Below, piece by piece: positions 9,715 to 19,367 of a DNA stretch of 61,174 nucleotides. The stretch covers positions 1-61,174 of the forward strand of contig DASSJV010000137.1 in NCBI GenBank assembly GCA_035691005.1, given 5' to 3'. Made by a program: the position numbers and the translations under genes. The notes beneath the pieces are model-generated. The model made no database searches and was not told the origin of the DNA. It saw only the letters and a program-made list of their open reading frames with translations. Numbering within the stretch: position 1 is the first letter of the stretch; each line of letters starts with the position of its first letter. The DNA is from Gaiella sp. Lineage in GTDB: Bacteria > Actinomycetota > Thermoleophilia > Gaiellales > Gaiellaceae.

Positions 9715-10784
9715 GCCGGCTGCAGCCTTCGCTCCGCGAGCCGCCGTGCCTGCCAGTCGGCCTCGACCAGGTCGTCCAGGTCGCGCGCGGGTGCGCCGTC
9801 GACCGAGGCGAGCGTCTCGGCGACGACGTCCGCGATGTCTGTGAAGCGCAGGCGGCCCTCGAGGTAGGCACCGACCGCCACCTCGTTCGCGGCGTTGTAG
9901 GCGCACGGCGCCGTCCCGCCCCGCTCACCTGCCGCGCGCGCGAGGGCGACGAGCGGGAACGCGTCGTCGTCGACGGGCTCGAACGAGAGCGTCAGTCCCT
10001 CGAGTGCGAGCGGCTCGACCGGGGTCGCCGCCCGCTCGGGGTACGTCAGCGCGTACGAGATCGGCACGCGCATGTCCGGCAGGCCGAGGTGCGCGAGCAG
10101 CGCGCCGTCCCTGAACCGCACGAGCGCGTGGACCACGGAGGTCGGGTGCACGACGACCTCGATCCTCTCGTACGGAACGCCGAAGAGCCAGTGCGTCTCG
10201 ATCAGCTCGAGGCCCTTGTTCGCCAGCGTCGCCGAGTCGATCGTGATCTTCGGCCCCATCGACCAGGTCGGGTGCCGGAGCGCCTCGTCCGGCGTGGCGT
10301 CTGCCAGCTCCGACCGTGCTCGTCCCCGGAACGGGCCGCCCGACGCAGTGAGGACGATGCCCGAAAGCGTCTCCGGCTCGCGTCCCGCGAGGCACTGGTG
10401 CAGCGCGGAATGCTCGCTGTCGACCGGCAGCAACACGCCGCCGCCACGAGCCTGCGCGGCCGTCGCGAGCTCGCCCGCAGCGACGAGGCTCTCCTTGTTG
10501 GCGAGCGCGAGGGTCACGCCCGCCTCGAGCGCCCAGAGCGTCGCCTCGACGCCGGCGAAGCCCACGACCGCGTTCAGGACGATGTCGGGCTCGCAGCGCT
10601 CGAGCAGCTCGACGGCGCTGCCGCCGACCTGGACGTGCTCGACGCCGTGCGCCGCCGCCGGCTCGTCCAGCGGGGTGGTGCCCGACTGGAGCGCGCAGAG
10701 CCGCAGGTTCGGATGGGCCGCGACGACCTCGATCGCCTGGCGGCCGATCGAGCCCGTCGCCCCCAGGAGGGCGACGCGTCTCAC
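9711..10784 (-). CDS. dxr: 1-deoxy-D-xylulose-5-phosphate reductoisomerase
   Basis: LLGATGSIG, LALANKESL, PVDSEHSA, TASGGPF, HPTWSMGPKITIDSAT; start GTG 10784 (alternative 10805). Confidence 0.96.
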   Translation of the reverse strand: MRRVALLGATGSIGRQAIEVVAAHPNLRLCALQSGTTPLDEPAAAHGVEHVQVGGSAVELLERCEPDIVLNAVVGFAGVEATLWALEAGVTLALANKESLVAAGELATAAQARGGGVLLPVDSEHSALHQCLAGREPETLSGIVLTASGGPFRGRARSELADATPDEALRHPTWSMGPKITIDSATLANKGLELIETHWLFGVPYERIEVVVHPTSVVHALVRFRDGALLAHLGLPDMRVPISYALTYPERAATPVEPLALEGLTLSFEPVDDDAFPLVALARAAGERGGTAPCAYNAANEVAVGAYLEGRLRFTDIADVVAETLASVDGAPARDLDDLVEADWQARRLAERRLQPA

Positions 10785-10814
10785 CGTGGGAAGGATGCCT
10801 GACACATGCTCGGT

Positions 10815-11606
10815 CTACGCGAGCGCGAGCAGGGTGAAGTACGCGGCGGGGCCCGCCCAGAGCAGCGAGTCGACGCGGTCGAGCACGCCCCCGTGGCCGG
10901 CGAGCAGCCTCCCCGAGTCCTTCACGCCGAGGTCCCGCTTGACGGCCGACTCGAAGAGGTCGCCGAGAGTCGCCGCCAGCGCGATCGCGAGCCCGAGGAG
11001 CAGCGACTCGCTCGTCGAGACGACGTCCTGCTCGTAGAGCGCGAAGAACGTCACGGCGACGCCCACGAGAGTCCCCGCGACGAAGCCCTCCACCGACTTG
11101 CCGGGAGAGATCGCCGGTGCCAGGCGATGCCGTCCGATCGTGCGCCCGACGAAGAATGCCGCCGTGTCGTCCGCGAACACGGTCAGGAGCACCGTGAAGA
11201 TCAAGAGACGGCCGTCGTCCGGGAGGTCGCGCACGAGGAGGAGGTGCCCGAGCCCTCCGCCGAGCCACACGACCCCGAGGAGCGTCGTCGCGAACGCGGC
11301 GACCGCGTTCTGGCGCACGCTCGAGACGAAGAACACGACGAGCGCGGCGGGGAGCGTCGCGAGCATCCCGCCGACGAGCCACGGCAGGCCGCCCAGCTGG
11401 GCCCCGAGCAGGGTGAGGACGAGCCCCGCGTAGCCGCCGAGCACGATCGGGTGGAGCCCACGCGCCATCGCGTAGAGCTCGTGGAGCGCCAGCAGCCCGC
11501 CGACGACCGCAAGTGCGAACAGCCACCACCCGCCCGCCCAGACGATCCCGAGGACGATCGGCAGCAGGATCAGCGCAACGAGGATGCGCGAGACGAACGG
11601 GCTCAC
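10815..11606 (-). CDS. cdsA: Phosphatidate cytidylyltransferase
   Basis: ISPGKSVEG, GDLFESAVKR, KDSGRLLAGHGGVLDRVDS; GTGA overlap with the uppS stop. Confidence 0.94.
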   Translation of the reverse strand: MSPFVSRILVALILLPIVLGIVWAGGWWLFALAVVGGLLALHELYAMARGLHPIVLGGYAGLVLTLLGAQLGGLPWLVGGMLATLPAALVVFFVSSVRQNAVAAFATTLLGVVWLGGGLGHLLLVRDLPDDGRLLIFTVLLTVFADDTAAFFVGRTIGRHRLAPAISPGKSVEGFVAGTLVGVAVTFFALYEQDVVSTSESLLLGLAIALAATLGDLFESAVKRDLGVKDSGRLLAGHGGVLDRVDSLLWAGPAAYFTLLALA

Positions 11607-12322
11607 GCGAGATCCCGTGTGCCGAACCGGCGGCTGCGGGCCGCGTACTCCTCGACCGCGGCCTGCAGGTCCTCGGCCCCGAAGTCGGGCCAGAGCGTGT
11701 CCGTGAACACGAGCTCCGCGTAGGCCGCCTCCCAGAGGAGGAAGTTCGAGAGCCGGAGCTCCCCCGAGGTTCGCACGAGGAGGTCTACGTCTCCGAGCTC
11801 CGGGGCGTAGAGGCGGGCGGCGACTGCGTCGTCGTCGACCGCTGCAGAGGCGACGCCGTCTTCGACGAGCCGACGGGCAGCCTCGACGAGCTCCGCGCGG
11901 CCCCCGTAGTCGAAGGCGATCCAGAGCTGGAGCGTATCCAGATGGGCGGTCCGCTCCTCGAGGGCGCCCATCTTCTCCTCGAGCCACGGCTCGACGCGGT
12001 CGCGTCGGCCGAGGAAGCGCGTCCGCACGCCTTGCTGGGCGAGATCGGGCAGCTCGCGGTCGATCGTCTCGGAGAGGATCTCCATGAGGTCGGCGACCTC
12101 GGTGTCGGGGCGCGCCCAGTTCTCGGTGGAGAACGCGTAGACGACGAGCGAGGCCACGCCGAGGTCGATCGCCGCCTCGACCGTGCGGCGAAGCGCACGC
12201 GTCCCCTCGCGGTGCCCCGCCTCGACGGGCAGCCCGCGGCTCTCCGCCCAGCGGCCGTTCCCGTCCATGATGATCGCGACGGTTCTCGGGACGAGGTCCC
12301 GAGAACTGGAGGAAGTCGAGAT
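11603..12322 (-). CDS. uppS: Isoprenyl transferase (undecaprenyl diphosphate synthase); probable non-canonical ATC start
   Basis: VPRTVAIIMDGNGRW, YAFSTENWAR, RTSGELRLSNFLLW; no ATG/GTG/TTG in frame upstream of the motif Met, and ATC at 12322 has GAAGGGA 6 nt upstream. Confidence 0.9.
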   Translation of the reverse strand: MSTSSSSRDLVPRTVAIIMDGNGRWAESRGLPVEAGHREGTRALRRTVEAAIDLGVASLVVYAFSTENWARPDTEVADLMEILSETIDRELPDLAQQGVRTRFLGRRDRVEPWLEEKMGALEERTAHLDTLQLWIAFDYGGRAELVEAARRLVEDGVASAAVDDDAVAARLYAPELGDVDLLVRTSGELRLSNFLLWEAAYAELVFTDTLWPDFGAEDLQAAVEEYAARSRRFGTRDLA

Positions 12323-12361
12323 GGCGTTTCCCTTCAGCGAGGAGGTTCGATCGCGGAGCGA

Positions 12362-12925
12362 TCAAACCTCCATGATCTCGGCTTCCTTGTGCTTCAGGAG
12401 CTCGTCGATCCGCTTCACGTGGTCGTCGGTGAGCTTCTGCACCTGCGCTTCCGCGCGGCGCTCCTCGTCGTCGCCGACGTCCCCGTTGCGAACGAGCTCC
12501 TCGAGGTGGCGCATCACGTCGCGCCGCACGTTGCGGATCGCGACCTTGCCCTCCTCGGCGTAGCGCCGCACGAGCTTGACGAGCTCCTTCCGCCGCTCCT
12601 CCGTGAGGGATGGGATCGGCAGGCGGATGAGCTTGCCGTCGTTCGACGGCGTCAACCCGAGGTCCGACTCCATGATCGCCTTCTCGATCGCCTTGATCTG
12701 CGTCTGGTCGTACGGCTGCACCGAGAGGAGCCGCGCCTCCGGCGCGCTGATCGTCGCCATGTTCGAGAGCGGCGTCGGGGTGCCGTAGTAGTCGATCGTG
12801 ATGCGGTCGAGGAGCGCCGTCGAGGCACGCCCGGTGCGGACGGAGTTGAACTCCGTGCGCGTGTGCTCGATCGTCCCGTCCATCCGCCGCGTGCAGTCCG
12901 CCAGGAACTCCTCGATCGCAGCCAC
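12362..12925 (-). CDS. frr: Ribosome recycling factor
   Basis: VRTGRAS, YYGTPTPL, SNDGKLIRLPIPSLTEERRKELVK; AGGAGG RBS before GTG 12925. Confidence 0.96.
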   Translation of the reverse strand: MAAIEEFLADCTRRMDGTIEHTRTEFNSVRTGRASTALLDRITIDYYGTPTPLSNMATISAPEARLLSVQPYDQTQIKAIEKAIMESDLGLTPSNDGKLIRLPIPSLTEERRKELVKLVRRYAEEGKVAIRNVRRDVMRHLEELVRNGDVGDDEERRAEAQVQKLTDDHVKRIDELLKHKEAEIMEV

Positions 12926-12935
12926 CGCGCCTCCT

Positions 12936-13099
12936 AGTACCCCTTCAGGTGATGTTGCCGCGTTCCTCGCGCGCGAGGGGCAAGCCAGGCGAGGACGCAG
13001 GGAGTCCCGATACCAGAAGGTATCGGGACGACTGAGGACGGAGCATGGCGCCGCCCATCGCACGCGAGGGACCCGGAGGACATTGCCTGAAGGGGCACT
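12936..13099. mobile_element. MITE-like palindromic element between pyrH and frr
   Basis: 20-bp terminal inverted repeats (17/20 match: 12936-12955 and 13080-13099) and a perfect central 11-bp hairpin GTCCCGATACC-AGAA-GGTATCGGGAC (13004-13029). Confidence 0.65.
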
Positions 13100-13879
13100 T
13101 CATCCTTCGTTGTCGCCTGCCGCCGTCGTCACGAGCGTGCCGATCCTCTCACCTCGCGCGGCCCGGGCGATGTTTCCGTCCGCGAGCTCGAAGACGTGGA
13201 TCGAGACGCCGTTGTCCATGCATAAGGAGAGCGCCGTCGTGTCCATCACCCGGAGACCGCGCTCGATCGCCTGGAGGTGCGTCAGCTCGGGGAGGAACCG
13301 GGCGTCCGCGTCGGTGCGCGGGTCGCCGTCGTAGACGCCGTTGACGCCGTGCTTCGCCATCAGGATCGCCTCCGCGCCGATCTCGAGGGCGCGGAGCGCC
13401 GCCGCGGTGTCGGTCGTGAAGAACGGGTTGCCGGTGCCGGCCGCGAAGATCACGACCCGCCCCTTCTCGAGGTGCCTGATCGCCCGCCGCCGGATGTACG
13501 GCTCCGCGACCTCGGAGACCGTGACCGCCGACTGGACGCGCGTCTGCGCGCCGAGCCGCTCGAGCGCGTCCTGCAACGCCAGCGCGTTGAGGACGGTCGC
13601 GAGCATCCCCGCGTAGTCCGCCGTCGCGCGGTCCATCCCCTCGGCCGCCGCCTTCATCCCGCGGTAGAAGTTCCCGCCGCCGACGACGATCGCGACCTCC
13701 GTCCCCGCCTTCTGCACCTCGACCACCTCGCGGGCGATCGCGGTCACCGTCTGCGGGTCGACACCGTACTCGCGGTCGCCCATCAGGCTCTCGCCGGAGA
13801 GCTTCAGCAGCACCCGGCCGAATCCGGTCTGCCCGGCGCCCGCCCCGGAGGGTGCCTCACGCGGCGACGTGGTGCTCAT
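13100..13879 (-). CDS. pyrH: Uridylate kinase
   Basis: [42 protein letters not shown]. Confidence 0.96.
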   Translation of the reverse strand: MSTTSPREAPSGAGAGQTGFGRVLLKLSGESLMGDREYGVDPQTVTAIAREVVEVQKAGTEVAIVVGGGNFYRGMKAAAEGMDRATADYAGMLATVLNALALQDALERLGAQTRVQSAVTVSEVAEPYIRRRAIRHLEKGRVVIFAAGTGNPFFTTDTAAALRALEIGAEAILMAKHGVNGVYDGDPRTDADARFLPELTHLQAIERGLRVMDTTALSLCMDNGVSIHVFELADGNIARAARGERIGTLVTTAAGDNEG

Positions 13880-14676
13880 CCGAGCTGGAGCCGCTCGAAC
13901 TCGAGGACCTCCGCCCCTTCCGCCGAGAGCGCCTGGCCGACGGTCGTCGAGGGGTCGTGGATCCACGGCTGGTCGACCAGCACGCGCGCGGCGAAAAAGC
14001 GCTTCTGGAGCATGCCGTCCACGATCTTCTCACGTGCCTGCTCCGGCTTCGAGAGGACCTCGTCCGTCCCCGCGAAGATCTCGCGCTCCGAGGTGACGAG
14101 CTCCTCCGGCACGTCCTCGCGGCCGATCCACTCGGGCGCCGACGCGGCGACGTGCATGGCGAGCCTCCGACCGAGGTCGGCGGAGCCGCCGCGCACCTGG
14201 ACGAGCACGCCGAGCTTGTTCCCGGGCGGGTGCACGTAGGACGCGACGTGCCCACCGTCGACCGCCTCGAAGCGCGCCGCGCCCGCGATCACGATGTTCT
14301 CGCCGAGCTTCGCCGTCAGCGCCACGCGCTCGTCCTCGAGCGCCGACTCGGCACCGGGGCCGTCGCGCTCGACCGTCTCGAGCACCTGCTCGGCGAACGC
14401 GACGAAGTCGTCGTTCTTCGAGACGGGCTCTGTCTCGCAGCCGACCGCCACGAGCGTGCCCCGCGAGCCGTCGCCGGCGACGCGGTCGAGCACCCGTCCC
14501 TCGGTCGTCGCGCGGCCCGCGCGCTTCGCGGCGCTCGCCATGCCCTTCTCGCGGAGCAGGCGCGTCGCGACCTCGAGAGCGCCGTTGGCCTCTTCGAGCG
14601 CGCGCTTGCAATCCATCATCCCCGCCCCGGTCCGCTCACGGAGCTCCTTCACGAGGCTCGCGGAGATCTGGCTCAT
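13876..14676 (-). CDS. tsf: Elongation factor Ts
   Basis: [37 protein letters not shown]. Confidence 0.96.
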   Translation of the reverse strand: MSQISASLVKELRERTGAGMMDCKRALEEANGALEVATRLLREKGMASAAKRAGRATTEGRVLDRVAGDGSRGTLVAVGCETEPVSKNDDFVAFAEQVLETVERDGPGAESALEDERVALTAKLGENIVIAGAARFEAVDGGHVASYVHPPGNKLGVLVQVRGGSADLGRRLAMHVAASAPEWIGREDVPEELVTSEREIFAGTDEVLSKPEQAREKIVDGMLQKRFFAARVLVDQPWIHDPSTTVGQALSAEGAEVLEFERLQLG

Positions 14677-15494
14677 CCCGCAGCCTCCGTCCCGCTGTCG
14701 GCAGAGACGGCTGCGGCGTTCACAGGCTCCTCGACGGGCTCCGGCTCGGCAGGCGCCTCGTCGGACGGCTCGGCAGGCGCCGGGGCGCGGGCGGTCAGCT
14801 CCTCCTCGGTGACCCGGGTCTTCGCCGACGCGATCCCGTCGGCGATCGCACGCACGACGAGCGAGCACGAGCGGATCGCGTCGTCGTTCCCGGGCACGAC
14901 GTAGGTCGCCTCGTCGGGGTCGCAGTTCGTGTCGACGAGCGCGATCACGGGCAGGCCGAGCCGCTGCGCCTCGCGGACCGCGAGCTGCTCCTTGCGCAGG
15001 TCGACGATGAAGACCGCGTCAGGCTGCCGCTTCATGTTCGACACGCCGCCGAGGTTAGCCTCGAGCTTCTCGAGCTCCCCGGTCATCGCGATGCGCTCCT
15101 TCGCGGGAAGCAGCTCGAGCTGACCCTCCTCCTTCAGGCGCCGGAGCTCCTGGAGGTACGCGATGCGGTCGGCGATCGTCCGCCAGTTCGTCAGGAGCCC
15201 GCCGAGCCAGCGGTGCGCGACGTACGGCTGGCCGACACGCGTCGCCTCGCGCTCGATGGCCTCCTGCGCCTGCTTCTTCGTGCCGACGAAGAGGATCGTC
15301 CCGCCGCGCTCGGCGACGTTGCGGGCGAAGTCGTACGCCTCTTCGAGCAGCGCCTGCGTCTGCTGCAGGTCGATGATGTAGATCCCGCCGCGCTCGTCGA
15401 AGATGAAGCGCTTCATCTTCGGGTTCCAGCGGCGCGTCTGGTGGCCGAAGTGCACTCCGGCCTCCAGCAGCTCCTTCATGGAGACGACTGCCAC
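14673..15494 (-). CDS. rpsB: 30S ribosomal protein S2
   Basis: [50 protein letters not shown]. Confidence 0.97.
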   Translation of the reverse strand: MAVVSMKELLEAGVHFGHQTRRWNPKMKRFIFDERGGIYIIDLQQTQALLEEAYDFARNVAERGGTILFVGTKKQAQEAIEREATRVGQPYVAHRWLGGLLTNWRTIADRIAYLQELRRLKEEGQLELLPAKERIAMTGELEKLEANLGGVSNMKRQPDAVFIVDLRKEQLAVREAQRLGLPVIALVDTNCDPDEATYVVPGNDDAIRSCSLVVRAIADGIASAKTRVTEEELTARAPAPAEPSDEAPAEPEPVEEPVNAAAVSADSGTEAAG

Positions 15495-15605
15495 GATCCG
15501 TCCTTTCGGTTGCTTGCGGTTCGCCGGCGTGCGCGAACGGAACCTGGGGAGAGGCCCAGGCACCCCCGTCCGGAGGCCACGCCGGGTCGACGTCTTGGAG
15601 TGCCG
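15495..15605 (-). promoter_or_regulatory. rpsB 5' leader (S2-binding / t44-like structured RNA)
   Basis: TACGAT -10 at 15607-15612; outer stem CCGGCGTG...CACGCCGG enclosing GGGGGTG and an inner CCTGGG/CCCAGG stem, then GAAAGGA RBS. Confidence 0.6.
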
Positions 15606-15642
15606 AATCGTAGCCGTCGGGAGCAGCCGCTCCGCGAGGCGC

Positions 15643-16548
15643 CTAGGGGTTCGCCTCGGCGCGCGCGCGTTCCAGCGCCTCGGCGAGCTCCGACGGCAGC
15701 TCCGACGCGAACTCGAGCCGAACACCCGTGAGCGGATGGTCGAGCGCGAGCGCGTGCGCATGGAGGAACTGCCGCTCGAGCTCGAGATCCCCCCGGACGC
15801 CGTACACCGGGTCCCCGCAGACGGGCAGGCCGATCGCCGCCAGATGGACCCGGATCTGGTGGGTCCGACCGGTCTCGAGCCTCGCCTCGAGCAGCGTCCG
15901 CCCACCGAGCCGCTCGCGCACCTCGAACCAGGTGACCGCCTCGCGCGGCACCTCGGTGTCGATCGAGCGGCGCGTGCGCTCGACACGGTCGCGCCCGATC
16001 GGCGCGTCGATCCGCCCGGTCCGGGAGCGGGGCGCACCGCGGACGAGCGCAAGGTACCTCCGCTCGACGCGCCGCTCGCGGATCGCGTCCGAGAGCCGTG
16101 CGTATGCCTCCTCCGACCGAGCCACGAGCAGCAGGCCCGACGTGTCGCGGTCGAGCCGGTGGACGATCCCGGGCCGCTCCGGGTCGCCCCCCGCCGCACC
16201 GAGGTCGACCAGGCGGTGGACGAGCGTCTCGCCGGAGTGGCCGGCGGCCGGGTGCACGACGAGCCCGGCCGGCTTGTCGATCACGAGGAGGTCGTCGTCC
16301 TCGTACACGATGTCGAGTGGGAGGCCGGACGGCTCGATCGGCTGCGCCTCGGGGATCTCCACCTCGAGCTCCTCCCCGCCCTCGAGGCGGTGGCTCTTCG
16401 ACCGGGGCTGCCCGTCGACGAGCACGGCACCCTTGCGCACGAGCCGCTCGGCGAGCGTCCGCGTCCCGACCCCCGGCACCTCGGCGACGACGGCGTCGAG
16501 GCGCCGCCCGGCGTCCGTCTCAGAAACGCGAGAGCGGTGACGTGCCAA
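15643..16548 (-). CDS. rluD: RluA-family pseudouridine synthase with S4 domain
   Basis: RLD S4 start, [39 protein letters not shown]. Confidence 0.9.
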   Translation of the reverse strand: MARHRSRVSETDAGRRLDAVVAEVPGVGTRTLAERLVRKGAVLVDGQPRSKSHRLEGGEELEVEIPEAQPIEPSGLPLDIVYEDDDLLVIDKPAGLVVHPAAGHSGETLVHRLVDLGAAGGDPERPGIVHRLDRDTSGLLLVARSEEAYARLSDAIRERRVERRYLALVRGAPRSRTGRIDAPIGRDRVERTRRSIDTEVPREAVTWFEVRERLGGRTLLEARLETGRTHQIRVHLAAIGLPVCGDPVYGVRGDLELERQFLHAHALALDHPLTGVRLEFASELPSELAEALERARAEANP

Positions 16549-17116
16549 CCGAGGCGCTCGTGCGGTCGGCTGCGACGAACGAGAGGAAGAGCAGCCCCAC
16601 GCCGACGACGATGAACGTGTCCGCGAGGTTGAAGGCCGGCCAGTAGTCGAAGTCGAGGAAGTCGGTGACGTGCCCGAGACGCAGCCGGTCGACGAGGTTC
16701 GAGATGCTGCCGCCGAGCACGAGGCCCACCGCCACGGGCAGGAGCGGATGACGCCGTGCGGAGCGCGCGAAGAACGCGATCAGGGCCGCGATTGCGATCG
16801 TCGTCAGGGCGATGACGACGCCGGTCGAGTCCGAGAAGAGCCCGAACGCGATCCCGGTGTTGCGGACGCGGTGGATCGAGAGCGGGCCGAGCACCCCGAC
16901 GGAGTCTCCGAGCTCGAGCGCACCGGCGACGACGAGCTTCGTCACCTGGTCGGCCGCGGCCGCGGCGCCGGCGACGACGAGCAGCGCCGCCCACTGCGCG
17001 GGCCCCGCGGCGAGGGAGCGCTGCGCGCCCGGGATGGGCTCGAGCGCGTTCGTCGCCGAGCCGACGCGAACCTCCAGCGGAGCCCGCGACGGAACGACCC
17101 GTGCAGGCTCGCTCAC
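16520..17116 (-). CDS. lspA: Lipoprotein signal peptidase (N-terminally extended)
   Basis: DQVTK, NTGIAFG, GGSISNLVDR, VTDF, FNLAD; GTGA overlap with the upstream gene. Confidence 0.93.
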   Translation of the reverse strand: MSEPARVVPSRAPLEVRVGSATNALEPIPGAQRSLAAGPAQWAALLVVAGAAAAADQVTKLVVAGALELGDSVGVLGPLSIHRVRNTGIAFGLFSDSTGVVIALTTIAIAALIAFFARSARRHPLLPVAVGLVLGGSISNLVDRLRLGHVTDFLDFDYWPAFNLADTFIVVGVGLLFLSFVAADRTSASVGTSPLSRF

Positions 17117-17469
17117 TCGCGCTCCTCGAGCTGCTTGCACGTCACGCACAGGGTCGCGTACGGAACCGCCTCGAGCCGCTCCTCGGGGATCTCCTGGCCG
17201 CACCGTTCGCAGCGCCCGTACGTGCCCGCGTCGATCCGCGCGACCGCCCGGTCGATCTCGTAGACGATCTGCACGGCGTTCTCCTCGAGCGACACGTCCA
17301 GCTCCCGGTCGACCATCTCGCTCGCGTGGTCGGCGATGTGCTGGTCGCCGGCCGCGCTCGACAGCTCGCCGTCCTCCACGTCGCCCTCGACGATGTCGTG
17401 GGCGGCGCCGAGCACGCGCTCGCGGAGTGCAAGGAGCTCGTCGCGACGGGTGTTCAGATCGACGCTCAC
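17113..17469 (-). CDS. TraR/DksA C4-type zinc-finger protein
   Basis: GTYGRCERCGQEIPEERLEAVPYATLCVTC; coiled-coil tip reads HIADHA. Confidence 0.9.
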   Translation of the reverse strand: MSVDLNTRRDELLALRERVLGAAHDIVEGDVEDGELSSAAGDQHIADHASEMVDRELDVSLEENAVQIVYEIDRAVARIDAGTYGRCERCGQEIPEERLEAVPYATLCVTCKQLEERE

Positions 17470-17777
17470 GCGCTCGCCTCCTCCCCGGCCGCAGCGAGCC
17501 GACGATCGGCGTCGTCGCGCGTCAGGCGGTCGACCTCGACGAGCTTCTCGCCCGTCGTGTGGCCGCGGGCGACGCGCACCGCATCCCGGGGCACGCCGAG
17601 GGTGCGCGCGAGGAGCGAGACGACCTCGCCGTTCGCCCGTCCCCGCTCGGGCTGCGCCTTGACGCGGAGCTTCCAGGCGTCGCCGAGACGGCCGACGACC
17701 TCGGACGTTCGGGCTCCGGGAACGACACGGACACGGAGCTTGAGCGGGCGCGCGGCGCTCGAGTCGCGGACGGGCAT
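17466..17777 (-). CDS. DUF167 (YggU) family protein
   Basis: VRVVPGA...VKAQPERGRANGEVVSLLARTLGV...GHTTGEKLVEV. Confidence 0.85.
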   Translation of the reverse strand: MPVRDSSAARPLKLRVRVVPGARTSEVVGRLGDAWKLRVKAQPERGRANGEVVSLLARTLGVPRDAVRVARGHTTGEKLVEVDRLTRDDADRRLAAAGEEASA

Positions 17778-17845
17778 CACCGAAGGATAGTCCGCCCCGC
17801 ACCGGATGCAGGAGCGTGCGCCTCGAGGCGCCGTGCGAGGCGGTG

Positions 17846-18367
17846 CTATCCGGCGAGTCGACCGACCCCGGGAGGCGCCGCCGGGGGCTCGGTGAGCCGC
17901 GGCGTGGCCGCCTCGGGGCGCTCGGGCGCGTCGTCGTGCTCGTCCTCTCCGCCGACCTCCTGCCCCTCCGCCAGGACGTCCAGCGCCGCGCGCATGATCG
18001 TCCGCACCCGCCGCGTTTCGGCGAGCAGCTGCTCCTTCTCGGCGATCGCGTCGCGGATCAGGCGCCGTCCCTCGGCTCCCGCCTCCTGGACGATCACGTC
18101 CGCCTCGCGCCGTGCGTGCTCCTTCATGTCCTGCGCCGCCCGCTCGGCGGAGACGAGCGTCGAGCGGAGAAGCGCCTCGAGCTCCACGTGGCGCGCGACC
18201 TCGGACTCGAGGTCGTGGACGCGCTCGGTCAGCTCGGAGCGCTCGCGCCACACCTCCTCGAAGGAGTCCGCGATGTCCTCGATGGTGCGGTGCACGTGCG
18301 AGCGGCGATAGCCCAGGAGCCCGCGGCGCAGCTCGAGATGACGAACTTCGACAGGTGTGAGTGTCAT
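17846..18367 (-). CDS. divIVA: DivIVA domain protein
   Basis: LTPVEVRHLELRRGLLGY N-terminal motif, coiled coil, position in the ylm cluster. Confidence 0.85.
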   Translation of the reverse strand: MTLTPVEVRHLELRRGLLGYRRSHVHRTIEDIADSFEEVWRERSELTERVHDLESEVARHVELEALLRSTLVSAERAAQDMKEHARREADVIVQEAGAEGRRLIRDAIAEKEQLLAETRRVRTIMRAALDVLAEGQEVGGEDEHDDAPERPEAATPRLTEPPAAPPGVGRLAG

Positions 18368-18408
18368 GACCGGCCCTCCTTCCTCCGGCAGCGTCGGGCG
18401 AGGCTCAC
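18364..18408 (-). other. 14-aa bridging mini-ORF (VSLARRCRRKEGRS) between yggT and divIVA
   Basis: GTG overlaps the yggT TGA; its TGA overlaps the divIVA ATG; 45 nt, open frame. Confidence 0.45.
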
Positions 18409-18722
18409 AGCACTCGCCCGATGAGGCCGTTGACGATGCGCTCGACGATGTAGAGCGCGAAGACGGCGACGATCGGCGACACGTCGAGCGGGCCGAGCGG
18501 CGGGATCACGCGCCTGAACAGGCGCAGATACGGCTCGCAGACGTCCATCAGGAACTGCCGGATCCGCTCCACCGTCGACGACGCACCCGGCGGGAACCAG
18601 GACGTGATGATGTAGCCGAGGATCAGCAGCACGTACACGCCGACGAACACGGACACGAAGCGCTGGACCGACGTCGCCGTGTCGGCCAGCACGAGACCGC
18701 AGACGCCCGTGTCGTCCACCAC
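18405..18722 (-). CDS. YggT/YlmG membrane protein
   Basis: SWFPP...VCEPYLRLFRRVIPPLGPLDVSPIVA. Confidence 0.88.
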   Translation of the reverse strand: MVDDTGVCGLVLADTATSVQRFVSVFVGVYVLLILGYIITSWFPPGASSTVERIRQFLMDVCEPYLRLFRRVIPPLGPLDVSPIVAVFALYIVERIVNGLIGRVL

Positions 18723-18766
18723 GCGTGATTCTCGCCGGGACGGGCGGTTCCTTCGCCCTGCAGGGC

Positions 18767-19315
18767 TCAGGCCTGGTTGAAGAACCCGCCGGCCGGGTCG
18801 AGCGCGCGGGCGCGCTCCTCCGCCGAGACCTCGACGTTCCGCGGCGTGAGCAGGAACACCTTGTCGGCGACGCGCTGCATGCTCCCGTCGAGCGCGTACG
18901 TCAGCCCGCTCGCGAAGTCGATCAGGCGCTTCGACAGCTCCGTGTCGGCGTTCTGGAGGTTGAGGATGACCGGCACCGAGTCCTTGAACCGGTCGGCGAT
19001 CTGCTGCGCGTCGTTGAAGCTGCGGGGCAGCACGAGGTGGACACGCACCTGGCCGCCGCTGTCGACGCCCCTGAGCCGCGACCGCCGCGAGCTCGATCGG
19101 CTCGAGGCCGGCTCGAGCTCGGGCTCCGAGACACTGTCCGGCTCCGACCAGGAGTCGTCGCGCCGACGGGGCAGGCGACGCACGTTGTGGCGGTCGCGGC
19201 GCCGGTAGTCGCGCTCGACCTCCTCGTCGGTCACGGTCAGGTCGTCGTCCCACTCCTCGTCCTCGGCGATGCCGAAGTAGACGAGTGTGCGGTTCCAGAC
19301 GTCGGCGAGGCCCAT
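18767..19315 (-). CDS. sepF: Cell division protein SepF
   Basis: PRSFNDAQQIAD, VILNL, RLIDFASGLTYALDG, VFLLTP. Confidence 0.94.
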   Translation of the reverse strand: MGLADVWNRTLVYFGIAEDEEWDDDLTVTDEEVERDYRRRDRHNVRRLPRRRDDSWSEPDSVSEPELEPASSRSSSRRSRLRGVDSGGQVRVHLVLPRSFNDAQQIADRFKDSVPVILNLQNADTELSKRLIDFASGLTYALDGSMQRVADKVFLLTPRNVEVSAEERARALDPAGGFFNQA

Positions 19316-19367
19316 GACGGCGCGTATCGTAACCCCGCTCGAGGACGCCGACGCCTGCGCGGAGCGC

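Noticed and set aside
10815-12365. 516-aa ORF starting at a TTG overlapping the frr stop and running into cdsA
   Set aside because: The first ~250 codons overlap uppS out of frame and are Arg/Pro-rich noise; cdsA starts at GTG 11606
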